Positions 1-9,663 of a DNA stretch of 64,000 nt are shown here, in pieces. The DNA lies in NCBI GenBank assembly GCA_024742495.1, contig JANSYJ010000012.1, forward strand, positions 10,021 through 74,020, in the 5' to 3' direction. Position numbers and translations under genes: made by a program. This stretch comes from Bacteroidota bacterium. GTDB lineage: Bacteria; Bacteroidota; Bacteroidia; Flavobacteriales; Schleiferiaceae. The notes below the pieces were generated by a model. The model was not told the DNA's origin and did no database searches. It was given only the letters and a program-made list of their open reading frames with translations. The first letter of the stretch is position 1, and each line of letters starts with the position of its first letter.

Positions 1-3000
1 AAAATTTGAACCTGCACTTGTAAAGGTTGATTGGCGCGATTATGCTCAAATTGAAACTCGGTATAAGTGGTAAAGGGATTGGGATAATTTAAAACTCGGT
101 CCAAGGCTAAATCGGCCGATTCGGCCACCACAAATTCGGTAGTCGCTTCTGATGGATTATTGTAAATATCGAAAGCTCGTAAATCCAATTGATAGGCTCC
201 GGGCTCCAAATCGAATAGCTGATAGCGCACCGATCCCGATTTATAGGAATTCAAATCGGCTTCATAAAATTCATTTAGAATAATGGGTTGATCGGAAGCA
301 CGATTTAAAACTGCCCTTAGGTCTTGGCCAATACCATTGCCTACGGTATTAATTCCGCTGCTATCCTGAAGCTCGGCATAAATAAAAGGCTCACTGCCGG
401 TGATACCTCCCCTTACAAAGCTGGCATCATTCATAAATAGTCGAATTGCCGGGCCGGCCTCATCCTCGGGAGCATTTTCATTAAACCCTCCTACAATTAC
501 CGAATCATAAGCACCCGCCGCATCGCGGTTACTCTCATTATCGTAAGCATACATGCTAACCTTTCCGAAACCAAACTGGTAATTGATACCCAGCGGAGCT
601 CTAAATTCTGCACTCCACTGTCCATTGGTAATATCCACCTTACCGCGATAAAGTAAACTGTTTCGCTCCTTAAAATTCAGTGGTGTTCCGATACCGTCAT
701 TGGATAATGTTTGGCGCTGACTCTCCTTGTCGTAGATACTTATATTAAGGATACCATTGAAATCCGTCATCGCTTGGCCATTGGCATCTTGTACCTGTCC
801 ATTTAGTTCTACTAGGGATAGGGCTTTAATGGTATCCTGAGAGGCTACTTTCCCGGAGTTAGCTTGAATATTGCTAAGCGATACGCTGTATTCGGGAATA
901 GCTAGTCTGAGGGCGGGATCCCCGATAAGGGAAAATTTAGACTTGGTGAATCGTGCCTTAACAAAATTGTCATTTTTAGCCGCGCGGATAATTTGTCCTA
1001 AAGTTTGGGGAACTCCATTGGGTCGGGCTAAGATGGTATCGAAAATGGCCTCATTGAGCTGCACCGCATCTTGCACTCCAACCACGCGGGTGGTGGATAA
1101 TAAGGCAATGGCACCTCCGGCAGGATTTAGGATTAATTGCTCGCCAGCTGATACTCTTTTAGGATCATCATAGCGGGTGAACTCACAAGTGATGGTAATG
1201 AATAAACTCAAAGCATCATAGTTGGTCCAAGAGGTAACATCGGATAATTGCAATAGCTTCTCCGAGGAAAGGCCAATTTCCCCGCCATGACCGATATAAT
1301 TTACCAAAATACAGCCTTGCTGCACCGCCCGGAACATATCTCTTTGCGCCTCGGGGTAAGTTTGGCTACCAGTACTGGTTACTTGTTTGTAGGCATCCTG
1401 ATAAATCTTCTCAATATTAAAGGCATTCGAAGCGCTTAAGGCCTGGTCTGCCAATACCTCTGAAGGAGGCACAAACCAGGTGCGCTCCCAAGTTTCATCT
1501 ACATCATCCGTCATTAGGAGAATGCGATTCCTCCACTCACCAAAACGATCCGTGCCTTTGCCATAGTGGCGAACCTTGTTAACGAAGCTTTGTGCCTGAC
1601 TGCGGGAAGCAACTGGTGCGCGACCAATACCCAAATCCATTATTGCCCCACTAAATTGGGTTGCTTCGCCCGGGTCCATGTAGGCAAAATAGTCGTCGGT
1701 AATACTCGATAAGCCTAAGGAGTAACTGTAATTACTCTGCCAGGTAGGCACGTAGTTATTATTACCATTAACCCGATCCTTATAGTCGTATGATGCATCA
1801 CCAAATAGGAGCACATATTTAAACTGATCCGGGGCAGAACGATCGTAAAGACTCTTGATAAAATCTCGGATTGCCGTAAGATCCTGGCCTCCAGCTCCAA
1901 ATTCATTGTAAATCTGGCTGGTGCTTACCACCGCGCTTTGAACATTGTCCTCTTCATTGTGATAAGCAGCTAATTCTTCAGCCTCAGCTAAAAAATTAGG
2001 ATGCACAATGATGATCATTTCGGGCACATCCATGGCACTTAGATTTTGCGGGTCAATCTTTTCGATATAGTCCGGACTATCGAAATTTGATCCACTAAAG
2101 GCGATATAGTCTTTTAATTCGGTGACATCGGCATTAAAGGAATAGCTGCCATCACCAGGAAAGGTTCCATTTACTTTATAGTGATCTCCCAAGCGATTAA
2201 TCTGCCATACCTCAAGGTCACTGGGCGCATTTTCTATTTTAAAATTCGCTACACCCTGTCCTATGCTTCGGCTATCACGAAAGTAGATGCTGGATCCAGC
2301 ACCATTCATATTTAAGCTGCGACGTACGTTTAGTTCAATTTTATCGAGCCAAGCAACACCAGTAGGGTTTGCGCTATTATCGTAGTTTACGTTTAATGTG
2401 ATGTTATCGCCAAGAGCGGTAAAAGTTGTTCGCTGATCAGATCGCTCTACAAAAGCCGGGTAATTCCCCAAAGTTTGGTAAGCGGCAAAGTCATTGCTGA
2501 GGATGTTTTGATTGGCATAACGAGTTTCGAGGCTGGTACCCAATGTAGAGGCTCTTCCAACGGCATCCACTCTTAGGCTAACAGGCTCGTTGCTGAGGAT
2601 ATTCGGAAATACAAAATTGTAATTGTAGCTCAAGGTAAATTCAAAAACATCGCCATACCAAGCTCTGCCCGTTCCCACCAAATTTATAAGATCCTCTTCC
2701 TGTACATCGTAATCATCAAAGCTGCTCACGTTCACCTGAGGATTGCTTAGAGAGTTTAAAACGTTCATAGATTTGGAAGTACCAGCATCGGTGCTTACAA
2801 AAACGTAGTTGTAGTCACGGTATATATTATTGCGGTAATCAAAACGATTATTGCCTGCATTATAAGTCCATTCGTCTGGCCCAAAAGCGAAGAACAGGAG
2901 GTAGTCATTGCCATTAAATAGATTATCGCCATTTACATCTACCAATTTAAAGCCGCGTTCCTGCATCTCCTCGGTTCGAGCTTGGTTAAATGATTCAGGT

Positions 3001-3644
3001 AGTGTTGCGTGATCATTTGCCAAAATCCGAATCTGATCAATGGCCATATCTTCCTGTAACATGCCATTGTTGGACATATAATTGGCGGAAATCTTGTAGA
3101 TGCCCGTTTCAGGAATACGTAATTTATGCCATGTTCCAGTAGCTAATTTGCTGTCTACTATTCCTTTTGCTCTTTTAACAATGGGGAAGCTACTGGCGCG
3201 CGCTCCTTTAAATACTTGCAACTGATAGGATGTAACCCGATAAATTTGACCGTTCTCCTTAAAAAATGGGGTAAAGCAATAGGACAATTGCGAACTGCTT
3301 CTTGAGAAGCCCACTAAGTTTGCTTGCTCTAGATTATTACGCGTGGGTAAGTCTATTGAATTAAATACCGGTGCTTCTTGCTGCGGCAGTCTTTCTGCGC
3401 CAAGCACCACAACACGCACTGAATCACTAGCTCTAAAGCTATTGTTCAAGCTTTCGCAGAATTGCGGGACATCCGCTAATAATTGGTGCTGAACCCCACC
3501 TTTTAAATTAGGGCTGAAATAATTTTGCTCTATTCCAGAAACTGTGGAAGCAGACCATTCCAAGGTTTTATTCTGGTTTTGACTTTGAGCATTGAGCCCA
3601 AAAGCGACTAATAGTAAGGGGGCAAGGAAAAACTTGCTATTCAT
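1..3644 (-). CDS. porU: Type IX secretion system sortase PorU (peptidase C25 family), 3'-partial, runs off the left edge
   Basis: Absent from the ORF track because there is no stop in the window. Manual reverse-strand translation starts at the ATG at 3644..3642, with an in-frame TAG immediately upstream. It gives the signal peptide MNSKFFLAPLLLVAFGLNAQ, and I saw no stop in that frame. Four sites checked by coordinate are all in one frame. They carry C25/gingipain motifs LLFGDASYDYK (1779..1811), YIGHGGE (1278..1298) and ITCEFTRY (1170..1193), plus the start of a T9SS CTD, LNYPNPF (72..92). Confidence 0.85.
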   Translation of the reverse strand, partial: MNSKFFLAPLLLVAFGLNAQSQNQNKTLEWSASTVSGIEQNYFSPNLKGGVQHQLLADVPQFCESLNNSFRASDSVRVVVLGAERLPQQEAPVFNSIDLPTRNNLEQANLVGFSRSSSQLSYCFTPFFKENGQIYRVTSYQLQVFKGARASSFPIVKRAKGIVDSKLATGTWHKLRIPETGIYKISANYMSNNGMLQEDMAIDQIRILANDHATLPESFNQARTEEMQERGFKLVDVNGDNLFNGNDYLLFFAFGPDEWTYNAGNNRFDYRNNIYRDYNYVFVSTDAGTSKSMNVLNSLSNPQVNVSSFDDYDVQEEDLINLVGTGRAWYGDVFEFTLSYNYNFVFPNILSNEPVSLRVDAVGRASTLGTSLETRYANQNILSNDFAAYQTLGNYPAFVERSDQRTTFTALGDNITLNVNYDNSANPTGVAWLDKIELNVRRSLNMNGAGSSIYFRDSRSIGQGVANFKIENAPSDLEVWQINRLGDHYKVNGTFPGDGSYSFNADVTELKDYIAFSGSNFDSPDYIEKIDPQNLSAMDVPEMIIIVHPNFLAEAEELAAYHNEEDNVQSAVVSTSQIYNEFGAGGQDLTAIRDFIKSLYDRSAPDQFKYVLLFGDASYDYKDRVNGNNNYVPTWQSNYSYSLGLSSITDDYFAYMDPGEATQFSGAIMDLGIGRAPVASRSQAQSFVNKVRHYGKGTDRFGEWRNRILLMTDDVDETWERTWFVPPSEVLADQALSASNAFNIEKIYQDAYKQVTSTGSQTYPEAQRDMFRAVQQGCILVNYIGHGGEIGLSSEKLLQLSDVTSWTNYDALSLFITITCEFTRYDDPKRVSAGEQLILNPAGGAIALLSTTRVVGVQDAVQLNEAIFDTILARPNGVPQTLGQIIRAAKNDNFVKARFTKSKFSLIGDPALRLAIPEYSVSLSNIQANSGKVASQDTIKALSLVELNGQVQDANGQAMTDFNGILNISIYDKESQRQTLSNDGIGTPLNFKERNSLLYRGKVDITNGQWSAEFRAPLGINYQFGFGKVSMYAYDNESNRDAAGAYDSVIVGGFNENAPEDEAGPAIRLFMNDASFVRGGITGSEPFIYAELQDSSGINTVGNGIGQDLRAVLNRASDQPIILNEFYEADLNSYKSGSVRYQLFDLEPGAYQLDLRAFDIYNNPSEATTEFVVAESADLALDRVLNYPNPFTTYTEFQFEHNRANQPLQVQVQI

Positions 3645-3852
3645 CTAATTCCTTCTTTAAAGGGTTTCGGCAACAAAACGCCGCTAATATATACTTAGTA
3701 TTCTACAGGCAGCTATATAATACTCTTACGAAAATGGAGTTCTTAAGGTGTGGATGTGTAAAAAATCATTTTATTTGCTTGCTAGGATGTTTTCAAGAGT
3801 AGAACTCTCTTCAATAATTTGTATCATTGTAGCCCCAAACTCTCGTGAGAGG

Positions 3853-4836
3853 ATGAATAAAAGACTACTAACCTTTTTTGCAGTGCTAACTTTAGGTACT
3901 TCTATGTCGCTTCGAGCGCAGGATGCCCACTTTAGTCAGTTTTACGCAAACCCCATGTATTTAAACCCGGCTTTTGCTGGTGTTTCAAAGTGTCCGCGCT
4001 TAAACCTCAATTACCGTAACCAGTATCCGGTATTGAATGTTTATCAAACTTATAGCGCGAGCTACGACCAATATGTCAGTCCATTAAATGGTGGCGTCGG
4101 TATTCTCTTAATGCGCGACGAAGCGGGAGACGGAGCCTTTTCCACTACAGATGCAAGCTTGGTTTATAGTTATCACTTGAAGGCATCGCGTAAATTCAGC
4201 ATCCTAGCAGGTTTCCAAGGTACCTTCCGTCAAATTTCAATCGACTGGGACAACTTTACCTTTCCAGATGAAATTGATCCCTACTATGGTTTTGTTGGTG
4301 AAACAGCAGAGGCCAATCCAGGAAATAACACCGTAAGCGCTTTTGACCTTACAGCAGGTCTTATTGGATATACCGAGCGTTTTTATTTTGGCTTTGTAGC
4401 CTCTCACCTTACGCAGCCAGATGTAAGTTTCTTTGTTCAAGATCGTCTTCCTTTGAAATTTACCGCTCACATGGGCTTTACAATTCCACTAGGCCGTAAG
4501 CGCTTAGTAACCGATCTACAGAATTACCTTATTCCAAATATTGTTTATCAAATTCAAGGGCCCTACGATCAAATCACAACTAGCATGGCATTTTCCCGTG
4601 GCGACTTTAAAGGAGGTTTAGGCTTCCGAAGTAGTACCACAAATCCTGATGCGCTGGTAATATTAGTAGGTTATACGCCTTTAGAAGGCAATTGGGGATT
4701 TGGATATAGTTATGATTATACCATTTCCAGTATTGCCAACAACTTAGGTGGAGCGCATGAATTATCGCTCTCTTACCAATTCCCTTGTCGTGCACCACGC
4801 AAGCGCACCAAGGCAATAAGTTGTCCCAAGTTTTAG
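3853..4836 (+). CDS. PorP/SprF-family type IX secretion system membrane protein
   Basis: The track ORF is 3748..4836 (GTG start). ATG 3853 gives the signal peptide MNKRLLTFFAVLTLGTSMSLRAQ, followed directly by the family hallmark DAHFSQFYANPMYLNPAFAG. The remainder looks beta-barrel-like. It is divergent from porU and upstream of gldJ. Confidence 0.8.
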   Translation: MNKRLLTFFAVLTLGTSMSLRAQDAHFSQFYANPMYLNPAFAGVSKCPRLNLNYRNQYPVLNVYQTYSASYDQYVSPLNGGVGILLMRDEAGDGAFSTTDASLVYSYHLKASRKFSILAGFQGTFRQISIDWDNFTFPDEIDPYYGFVGETAEANPGNNTVSAFDLTAGLIGYTERFYFGFVASHLTQPDVSFFVQDRLPLKFTAHMGFTIPLGRKRLVTDLQNYLIPNIVYQIQGPYDQITTSMAFSRGDFKGGLGFRSSTTNPDALVILVGYTPLEGNWGFGYSYDYTISSIANNLGGAHELSLSYQFPCRAPRKRTKAISCPKF

Positions 4837-4866
4837 TTATATAGTCCTTTAGAATCCTTAGATATT

Positions 4867-6453
4867 ATGAATCGATTGAAAGTTCTTAAATCTTTAAGCC
4901 TTGCGCTCTCAGGAGTATTCCTAATGAGTTCTTGTGGTGGAGATTCCTCCAATACCACAGGTTGGGCCTATAATGATTCCGATAATGGTGGCTTTTTCGT
5001 GAATACTGACTATGAAGGACAAATAACTGGTCCTGGTCTTGTATTTGTTGAAGGCGGCACCTTTACCATGGGTCGTGTTGAACAAGATGTTTACCAAGAT
5101 TGGGATAACATTCCTCGTCAGGTTTCAGTACAGTCTTTTTACATTGATGAAAACGAAATCACCAATACCGATTACCGCGAATACCTTTACTGGATTCGTC
5201 GCGTATTCGATATCGACTACTATCCAGAAATTTTAACCTCAGCTTTACCAGATACTTTAGTTTGGCGCGATGCACTTTCCTACAACGAGATGTATGTAGA
5301 AAACTACTTCCGCCACCCAGCTTATAACTTCTACCCAGTAGTTGGTGTTAGTTGGATTCAAGCGATGAAGTTTTGTAGCTGGAGAACTGACCGTGTAAAC
5401 GAGAACATCCTAATTGACGAAGGTTACTTCAACGAATTCCCCGATCAAGCGGATGCTGATCACTTTAATACAGAAGTGTATTTGTACAAAAGCGGAGAAT
5501 ATACCCAACAGAACAAAGCGGGTAAAGAAGACTTTAATCCAAACAGCCCTTATGGCGATGAAGGCCGTCCGGTGAAAATCGAAGATGGTATTCTTTTACC
5601 TAAGTATCGCCTCCCAACGGAAGCGGAGTGGGAATACGCCGCTTACGGAAACGCAGGTAGTCGTATTTATAACCGAAATGTAGATCAGAATAAATTTACT
5701 TGGAATGGCTCCGCCTCTCGTAACCCAGATCCTGATGTACGTGGAAATATGTTAGCCAACTTTAAGCGCGGTCGTGGTGACTTTATGGGAACCGGTGGCT
5801 GGTTAAATGACCAAGCGGCTACAACCATGCAAGTGAAGTTTTACCCACCTAACGATTATGGCCTTTATGATATGGCAGGTAATGTTGCAGAATGGGTATT
5901 GGATGTTTACCGTCCCCTGTCATTAGAAGACATGCGCGGTTTAAATCCCTTCCGTGGTAACGAATTCCAAACTTGGGATAATGACTATCAAGGCTTAGGA
6001 TCTTTAGAAGTATTACAAGAACCACAGTACGATACCGATTCTAGTATTGTTGCCCTTCCGGGTGAATTACCAAAACGTGAGGTGACCGAAGAGGAAAACT
6101 TAAACCGTCGTAATTACAAGAAATCGGATTACCGCGATAACTTGGATGGTGACAAGGAATCTTCAATCTACTACAATTCGGAAACTGAAGAGGATGAAGC
6201 GTTGATGTATGATTACTCTACCACAACTTTAGTTGGTAATACCACCCGAGTTTATAAAGGCGGCAGCTGGAAAGACAATGCTTATTGGCTAAGTCCAGGA
6301 ACACGTCGTTTCCTCGAGGAAGATCAATCTACCGACTTTATCGGATTCCGATGTGCGATGGACCGCGTAGGATTCCAGAATCTGGAAGAAGATCGCGAGA
6401 AGCAACCTAAGAAACCGAAGCGCGAGAAATTCGAACGCTACAAGTATAACTAA
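4867..6453 (+). CDS. gldJ: Gliding motility lipoprotein GldJ (FGE/sulfatase-modifying-factor-like domain)
   Basis: 528 aa with lipoprotein signal LMSSCGG. FGE-type motifs are RLPTEAEWEYAA, GNVAEWV and YKGGSW. Length and T9SS neighbourhood fit GldJ. Confidence 0.85.
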   Translation: MNRLKVLKSLSLALSGVFLMSSCGGDSSNTTGWAYNDSDNGGFFVNTDYEGQITGPGLVFVEGGTFTMGRVEQDVYQDWDNIPRQVSVQSFYIDENEITNTDYREYLYWIRRVFDIDYYPEILTSALPDTLVWRDALSYNEMYVENYFRHPAYNFYPVVGVSWIQAMKFCSWRTDRVNENILIDEGYFNEFPDQADADHFNTEVYLYKSGEYTQQNKAGKEDFNPNSPYGDEGRPVKIEDGILLPKYRLPTEAEWEYAAYGNAGSRIYNRNVDQNKFTWNGSASRNPDPDVRGNMLANFKRGRGDFMGTGGWLNDQAATTMQVKFYPPNDYGLYDMAGNVAEWVLDVYRPLSLEDMRGLNPFRGNEFQTWDNDYQGLGSLEVLQEPQYDTDSSIVALPGELPKREVTEEENLNRRNYKKSDYRDNLDGDKESSIYYNSETEEDEALMYDYSTTTLVGNTTRVYKGGSWKDNAYWLSPGTRRFLEEDQSTDFIGFRCAMDRVGFQNLEEDREKQPKKPKREKFERYKYN

Positions 6454-6461
6454 GACCTTTA

Positions 6462-6488
6462 CCCCGACCGTAGCGTCGGGGTTTTTTT
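6462..6488 (+). terminator. Rho-independent terminator after gldJ
   Basis: Stem ccccgac (6462..6468) pairs with gtcgggg (6475..6481) across a 6-nt loop, followed by a T7 tract at 6482..6488. The murF ATG follows immediately. Confidence 0.75.
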
Positions 6489-7769
6489 ATGGATATAAGT
6501 AATCTCTACGACCTTTTTATCAGCAGTGAAGGGATTTGTACCGACACGCGTAAGCTACGGCCAGGGCAGCTTTACTTCGCCCTGAAGGGTGATAACTTTA
6601 ATGGCAATCTCTTTGCCGACAAAGCCCTAGAAATGGGAGCGGCCGCCGCAATTGTAGATGAAGCCAAGTATGAAGGTCCAGGCAAGCTTTTAGTTGCGAA
6701 CGCCTTAAAGGCCTTACAAGACTTAGCACTATTCCATCGGCAACAGCTTAGTATTCCAGTAATTGGTTTAACCGGGAGTAATGGCAAAACAACCAGCAAG
6801 GAATTACTAGTTTCTGTTTTGCAGCAAAAATTCGATGTGGCCTATACCGCTGGTAACCTCAACAACCACATTGGAGTTCCACTCAGCCTCTTATCCATAA
6901 ATAGTGAAGCTGAAATTGCGGTGATTGAAATGGGCGCCAATGCCCAAAAAGAAATTGAATTTTTAAGTGCGATCTCCCTTCCCGACATAGGCTTCATCAC
7001 TAACTATGGCAAAGCCCACCTAGAAGGATTTGGCGGCCCCGAAGGAGTAATAAAGGGAAAAAGTGAATTATACGAGAATCTGCGCAAGCGCGGTAAACTG
7101 GCCTGGGTAAACTGCAATGACCCTCTTCAAATTGAAAAGAGTAGCGGAATTGAGCAAAAGCTTTTTGGTGCTGATGAAGCGGCCGACTATCCCGTTTTTC
7201 CAGTTAATGAGATGTCCACCTTTGTAAAGGTAAAGTGGCAGGATCTCATTATTAGTTCCAAGCTAACCGGTGCCTATAATTATACCAATATCGCCATCGC
7301 GATAAGCTTAGGAGCTTATTTTGGATTAAGCCCTGCCCAAGTAAAAGCAGGGATAGAAAACTATCAGCCCTCCAATAATCGCTCTCAGATGGAGGAAGGC
7401 CCGCGAAACCTTTTGGTAAAAGACTATTACAATGCCAATCCCTCTAGCATGGAAGCGGCCCTTAAAAATTTTGATGGCCTGAAAGAACAAGCCAATGCTG
7501 AAAAATGGGTGATTTTAGGTGATATGTTTGAACTCGGTGCCTATGAAGAAGATGAACATCAGCGCATAGCCGATCAGGCATTGGCCAGCGGCTACCAAAA
7601 AACAATATTAGTTGGCAAAGCCTTCGCCAAAACCGTGGGCGCTTCCGAAAAATTTGAAAGCACCGCAGAATTAATCGCTTGGCTGGAAACGCATCAGCCG
7701 AAAGGCAAATTAATACTAGTAAAAGGTAGTAGAGGCATGACTTTGGAAAAAGCTGCTGAACTGCTTTAA
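6489..7769 (+). CDS. murF: UDP-N-acetylmuramoyl-tripeptide--D-alanyl-D-alanine ligase
   Basis: 426 aa. N-terminal DTRKLRPGQLYFALKG and the Mur-ligase P-loop GLTGSNGKTTSKE. Confidence 0.9.
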   Translation: MDISNLYDLFISSEGICTDTRKLRPGQLYFALKGDNFNGNLFADKALEMGAAAAIVDEAKYEGPGKLLVANALKALQDLALFHRQQLSIPVIGLTGSNGKTTSKELLVSVLQQKFDVAYTAGNLNNHIGVPLSLLSINSEAEIAVIEMGANAQKEIEFLSAISLPDIGFITNYGKAHLEGFGGPEGVIKGKSELYENLRKRGKLAWVNCNDPLQIEKSSGIEQKLFGADEAADYPVFPVNEMSTFVKVKWQDLIISSKLTGAYNYTNIAIAISLGAYFGLSPAQVKAGIENYQPSNNRSQMEEGPRNLLVKDYYNANPSSMEAALKNFDGLKEQANAEKWVILGDMFELGAYEEDEHQRIADQALASGYQKTILVGKAFAKTVGASEKFESTAELIAWLETHQPKGKLILVKGSRGMTLEKAAELL

Positions 7770-7779
7770 TAGGCCAAAA

Positions 7780-8205
7780 TTAATTCTCCTTAAAAGTGGC
7801 TGGCCAAATTTCTCCAATCACCTTTTGGAGATAATCTACCCCCAAGGGTTTGGATAGATAATGGTGCACCTCTTTATATTCTTTGGCTTTAGCTCGATCA
7901 TCGGGGTTTTCTGAAGTGCTTAAAATTACGATTTGGGTTTGCTCGCTAAAGTCCATCCCAAGATTTTTATAGGCCTCAATAAAGTCCCAGCCCGTCATTC
8001 CGGGCATGTTTAAATCTAATAAGATGAGGCAGGGCCTAAAAAATACATCCTGCGAATATTTCATCATTTCAAGGCCTGCTTGCGCAGAGTCCACCGTTTG
8101 CACATGTACATTTATATCCAGCTTCTCAATTACTTTTTTATTGAGAAAATGGCTAATTGGATCGTCATCAATTAACAATATCCCCTTCAGCTTTGCATCA
8201 TTCAT
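7780..8205 (-). CDS. Stand-alone CheY-like response regulator (receiver domain only)
   Basis: 141 aa. Acidic pocket LLIDDDP, phospho-acceptor context ILLDLNMPGMTG, and conserved LSTS and LSKP. It overlaps the upstream kinase gene by 8 nt. Confidence 0.85.
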   Translation of the reverse strand: MNDAKLKGILLIDDDPISHFLNKKVIEKLDINVHVQTVDSAQAGLEMMKYSQDVFFRPCLILLDLNMPGMTGWDFIEAYKNLGMDFSEQTQIVILSTSENPDDRAKAKEYKEVHHYLSKPLGVDYLQKVIGEIWPATFKEN

Positions 8206-9490
8206 TCTCCGTAGCTTTTAGGGTAAAATAAAATGTTGTTCCCTTTCCAATTTGGCTTTCAAACCAAATGCTTCCCTCGTGCAGATCCACAATTTTCTTA
8301 GCATAGGCCAAACCTACGCCTAAACCTTCAAAGTTTTCCTGTTTATTTAGTCTTTGAAAAATGGCAAAAACACGCTGCGCATTCGGGCCTGCAATACCAA
8401 TTCCATTATCCCGAAAAGCAAACTCAAAAAAATCTCCCTTCTTTTGAGCGCTAATACTAATGCGAGCCTGACCTCCCTCTCTAAACTTAATGGCATTGGA
8501 AAGCAATTGCTTAAATAAGATCCTGAGTTCTTCCGCGTAGACCTTTAGCTTAGGTAACCCATCTACCTCAATACTCAATTCCCCCTCTTCCCATTGTTTC
8601 TCAAATTCCGTTTTTAAGGATAAGGCAATCTGATTAAGATCTGTTAGTTGCTTGGGCTTTTGGCCCCGTCCAATTCGGGAGTAATTCATAAGCGCCAATA
8701 TTAAGCCACGCATTCGCTTTGCTGCTACTTGCATATAATCCAAATACTGCAACTCTTCCTCTCTAGTTTTGTGCTCTTCTTGCTGGGCGATCTCAATAAA
8801 ACTTGTAATGCTTTGCAGCGGCTCTTGAAGGTCATGGGAGGCGATATGTACAAACTGCTCCAGTTCCTCGTTTTTAGCTTCAATTTTTTGCAAGGCCTTT
8901 TCCAGGTCCCTTTCATACAATTCGGTGGAACGGTTGTAAAACCAAAAGTTAGCGAAGACCCAAAGGAAAAGTAAATTAAACACGATCCCTTGCAGACGCT
9001 CCTGTTCTGCCGCTTTTAGCATCCCCGAGAAATTGATCAAATCGGATTCGAGATACCAAAATAGGAGTAGGTAAATAACAAAAAAGCCAAGGTAAAAAGC
9101 GAATTGGCGGATGGGAAACAGTAACAGTGGAATCACCGCAAAGGCTAAATAGAGGAAATGAGCGGAGCTATTTTTACCGAAAACCCAAGTGAAATAGAAG
9201 AGCCAAATACCAAAACTTAATAACTGTACTATGCGTCCATAGGGTCGCTCATACCTGGCATTCAGTTTTAAGATTATCCAACCACTAAGAAAAACTCCTA
9301 GGGCGCTTAAACTTTGAATTGGTGCATCGAGCCAAATGAAAATGGGAATGAATATAGGAACGAGAAAGAAAACAAATAGGGTAATGAAATTGGAGCGCAG
9401 GATGAATTTCCCTTGCTCGGTCTTCTCTGGGATATGGCTCTTAGCGAAATTATAGAGCCCATTTGAAAAATAACGTATATACTCTACCAT
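8198..9490 (-). CDS. Membrane-bound sensor histidine kinase
   Basis: 430 aa. The N-terminal half has multiple TM helices, followed by a coiled-coil. H-box FVHIASHDLQEPL. ATPase boxes LLSNAIKF, FRDNGIGI and GLGVGLAYAKKIV. Confidence 0.85.
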   Translation of the reverse strand: MVEYIRYFSNGLYNFAKSHIPEKTEQGKFILRSNFITLFVFFLVPIFIPIFIWLDAPIQSLSALGVFLSGWIILKLNARYERPYGRIVQLLSFGIWLFYFTWVFGKNSSAHFLYLAFAVIPLLLFPIRQFAFYLGFFVIYLLLFWYLESDLINFSGMLKAAEQERLQGIVFNLLFLWVFANFWFYNRSTELYERDLEKALQKIEAKNEELEQFVHIASHDLQEPLQSITSFIEIAQQEEHKTREEELQYLDYMQVAAKRMRGLILALMNYSRIGRGQKPKQLTDLNQIALSLKTEFEKQWEEGELSIEVDGLPKLKVYAEELRILFKQLLSNAIKFREGGQARISISAQKKGDFFEFAFRDNGIGIAGPNAQRVFAIFQRLNKQENFEGLGVGLAYAKKIVDLHEGSIWFESQIGKGTTFYFTLKATENE

Positions 9491-9609
9491 TAAGTAGAGA
9501 CAAGGTAAATTTAAATTTCAAAATAGCTGAAAATCAGGCTGGAAATTCTAATATCCTGTTAAGACTAGTATATAAATCTCAAAGTTGTTGATGGCCGAAA
9601 TTACCGAGC

Positions 9610-9640
9610 AAAAAAAAGCCTCTCCAAAAATGAAGAGGCC
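9610..9640 (-). terminator. Rho-independent terminator of the acyl-CoA dehydrogenase gene
   Basis: On the minus strand, stem gcctct/agaggc (9618..9623 with 9634..9639) is followed by a T8 run (the A8 at 9610..9617 on the plus strand). Confidence 0.6.
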
Positions 9641-9663
9641 TTCTTATTAAAAACGATCAATTC

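Noticed and set aside
871-1906. Track ORFs 871..1173 (+) and 1715..1906 (-)
   Set aside because: Both lie inside the long porU reading frame, one antisense and one out of frame. Neither has any recognisable features.
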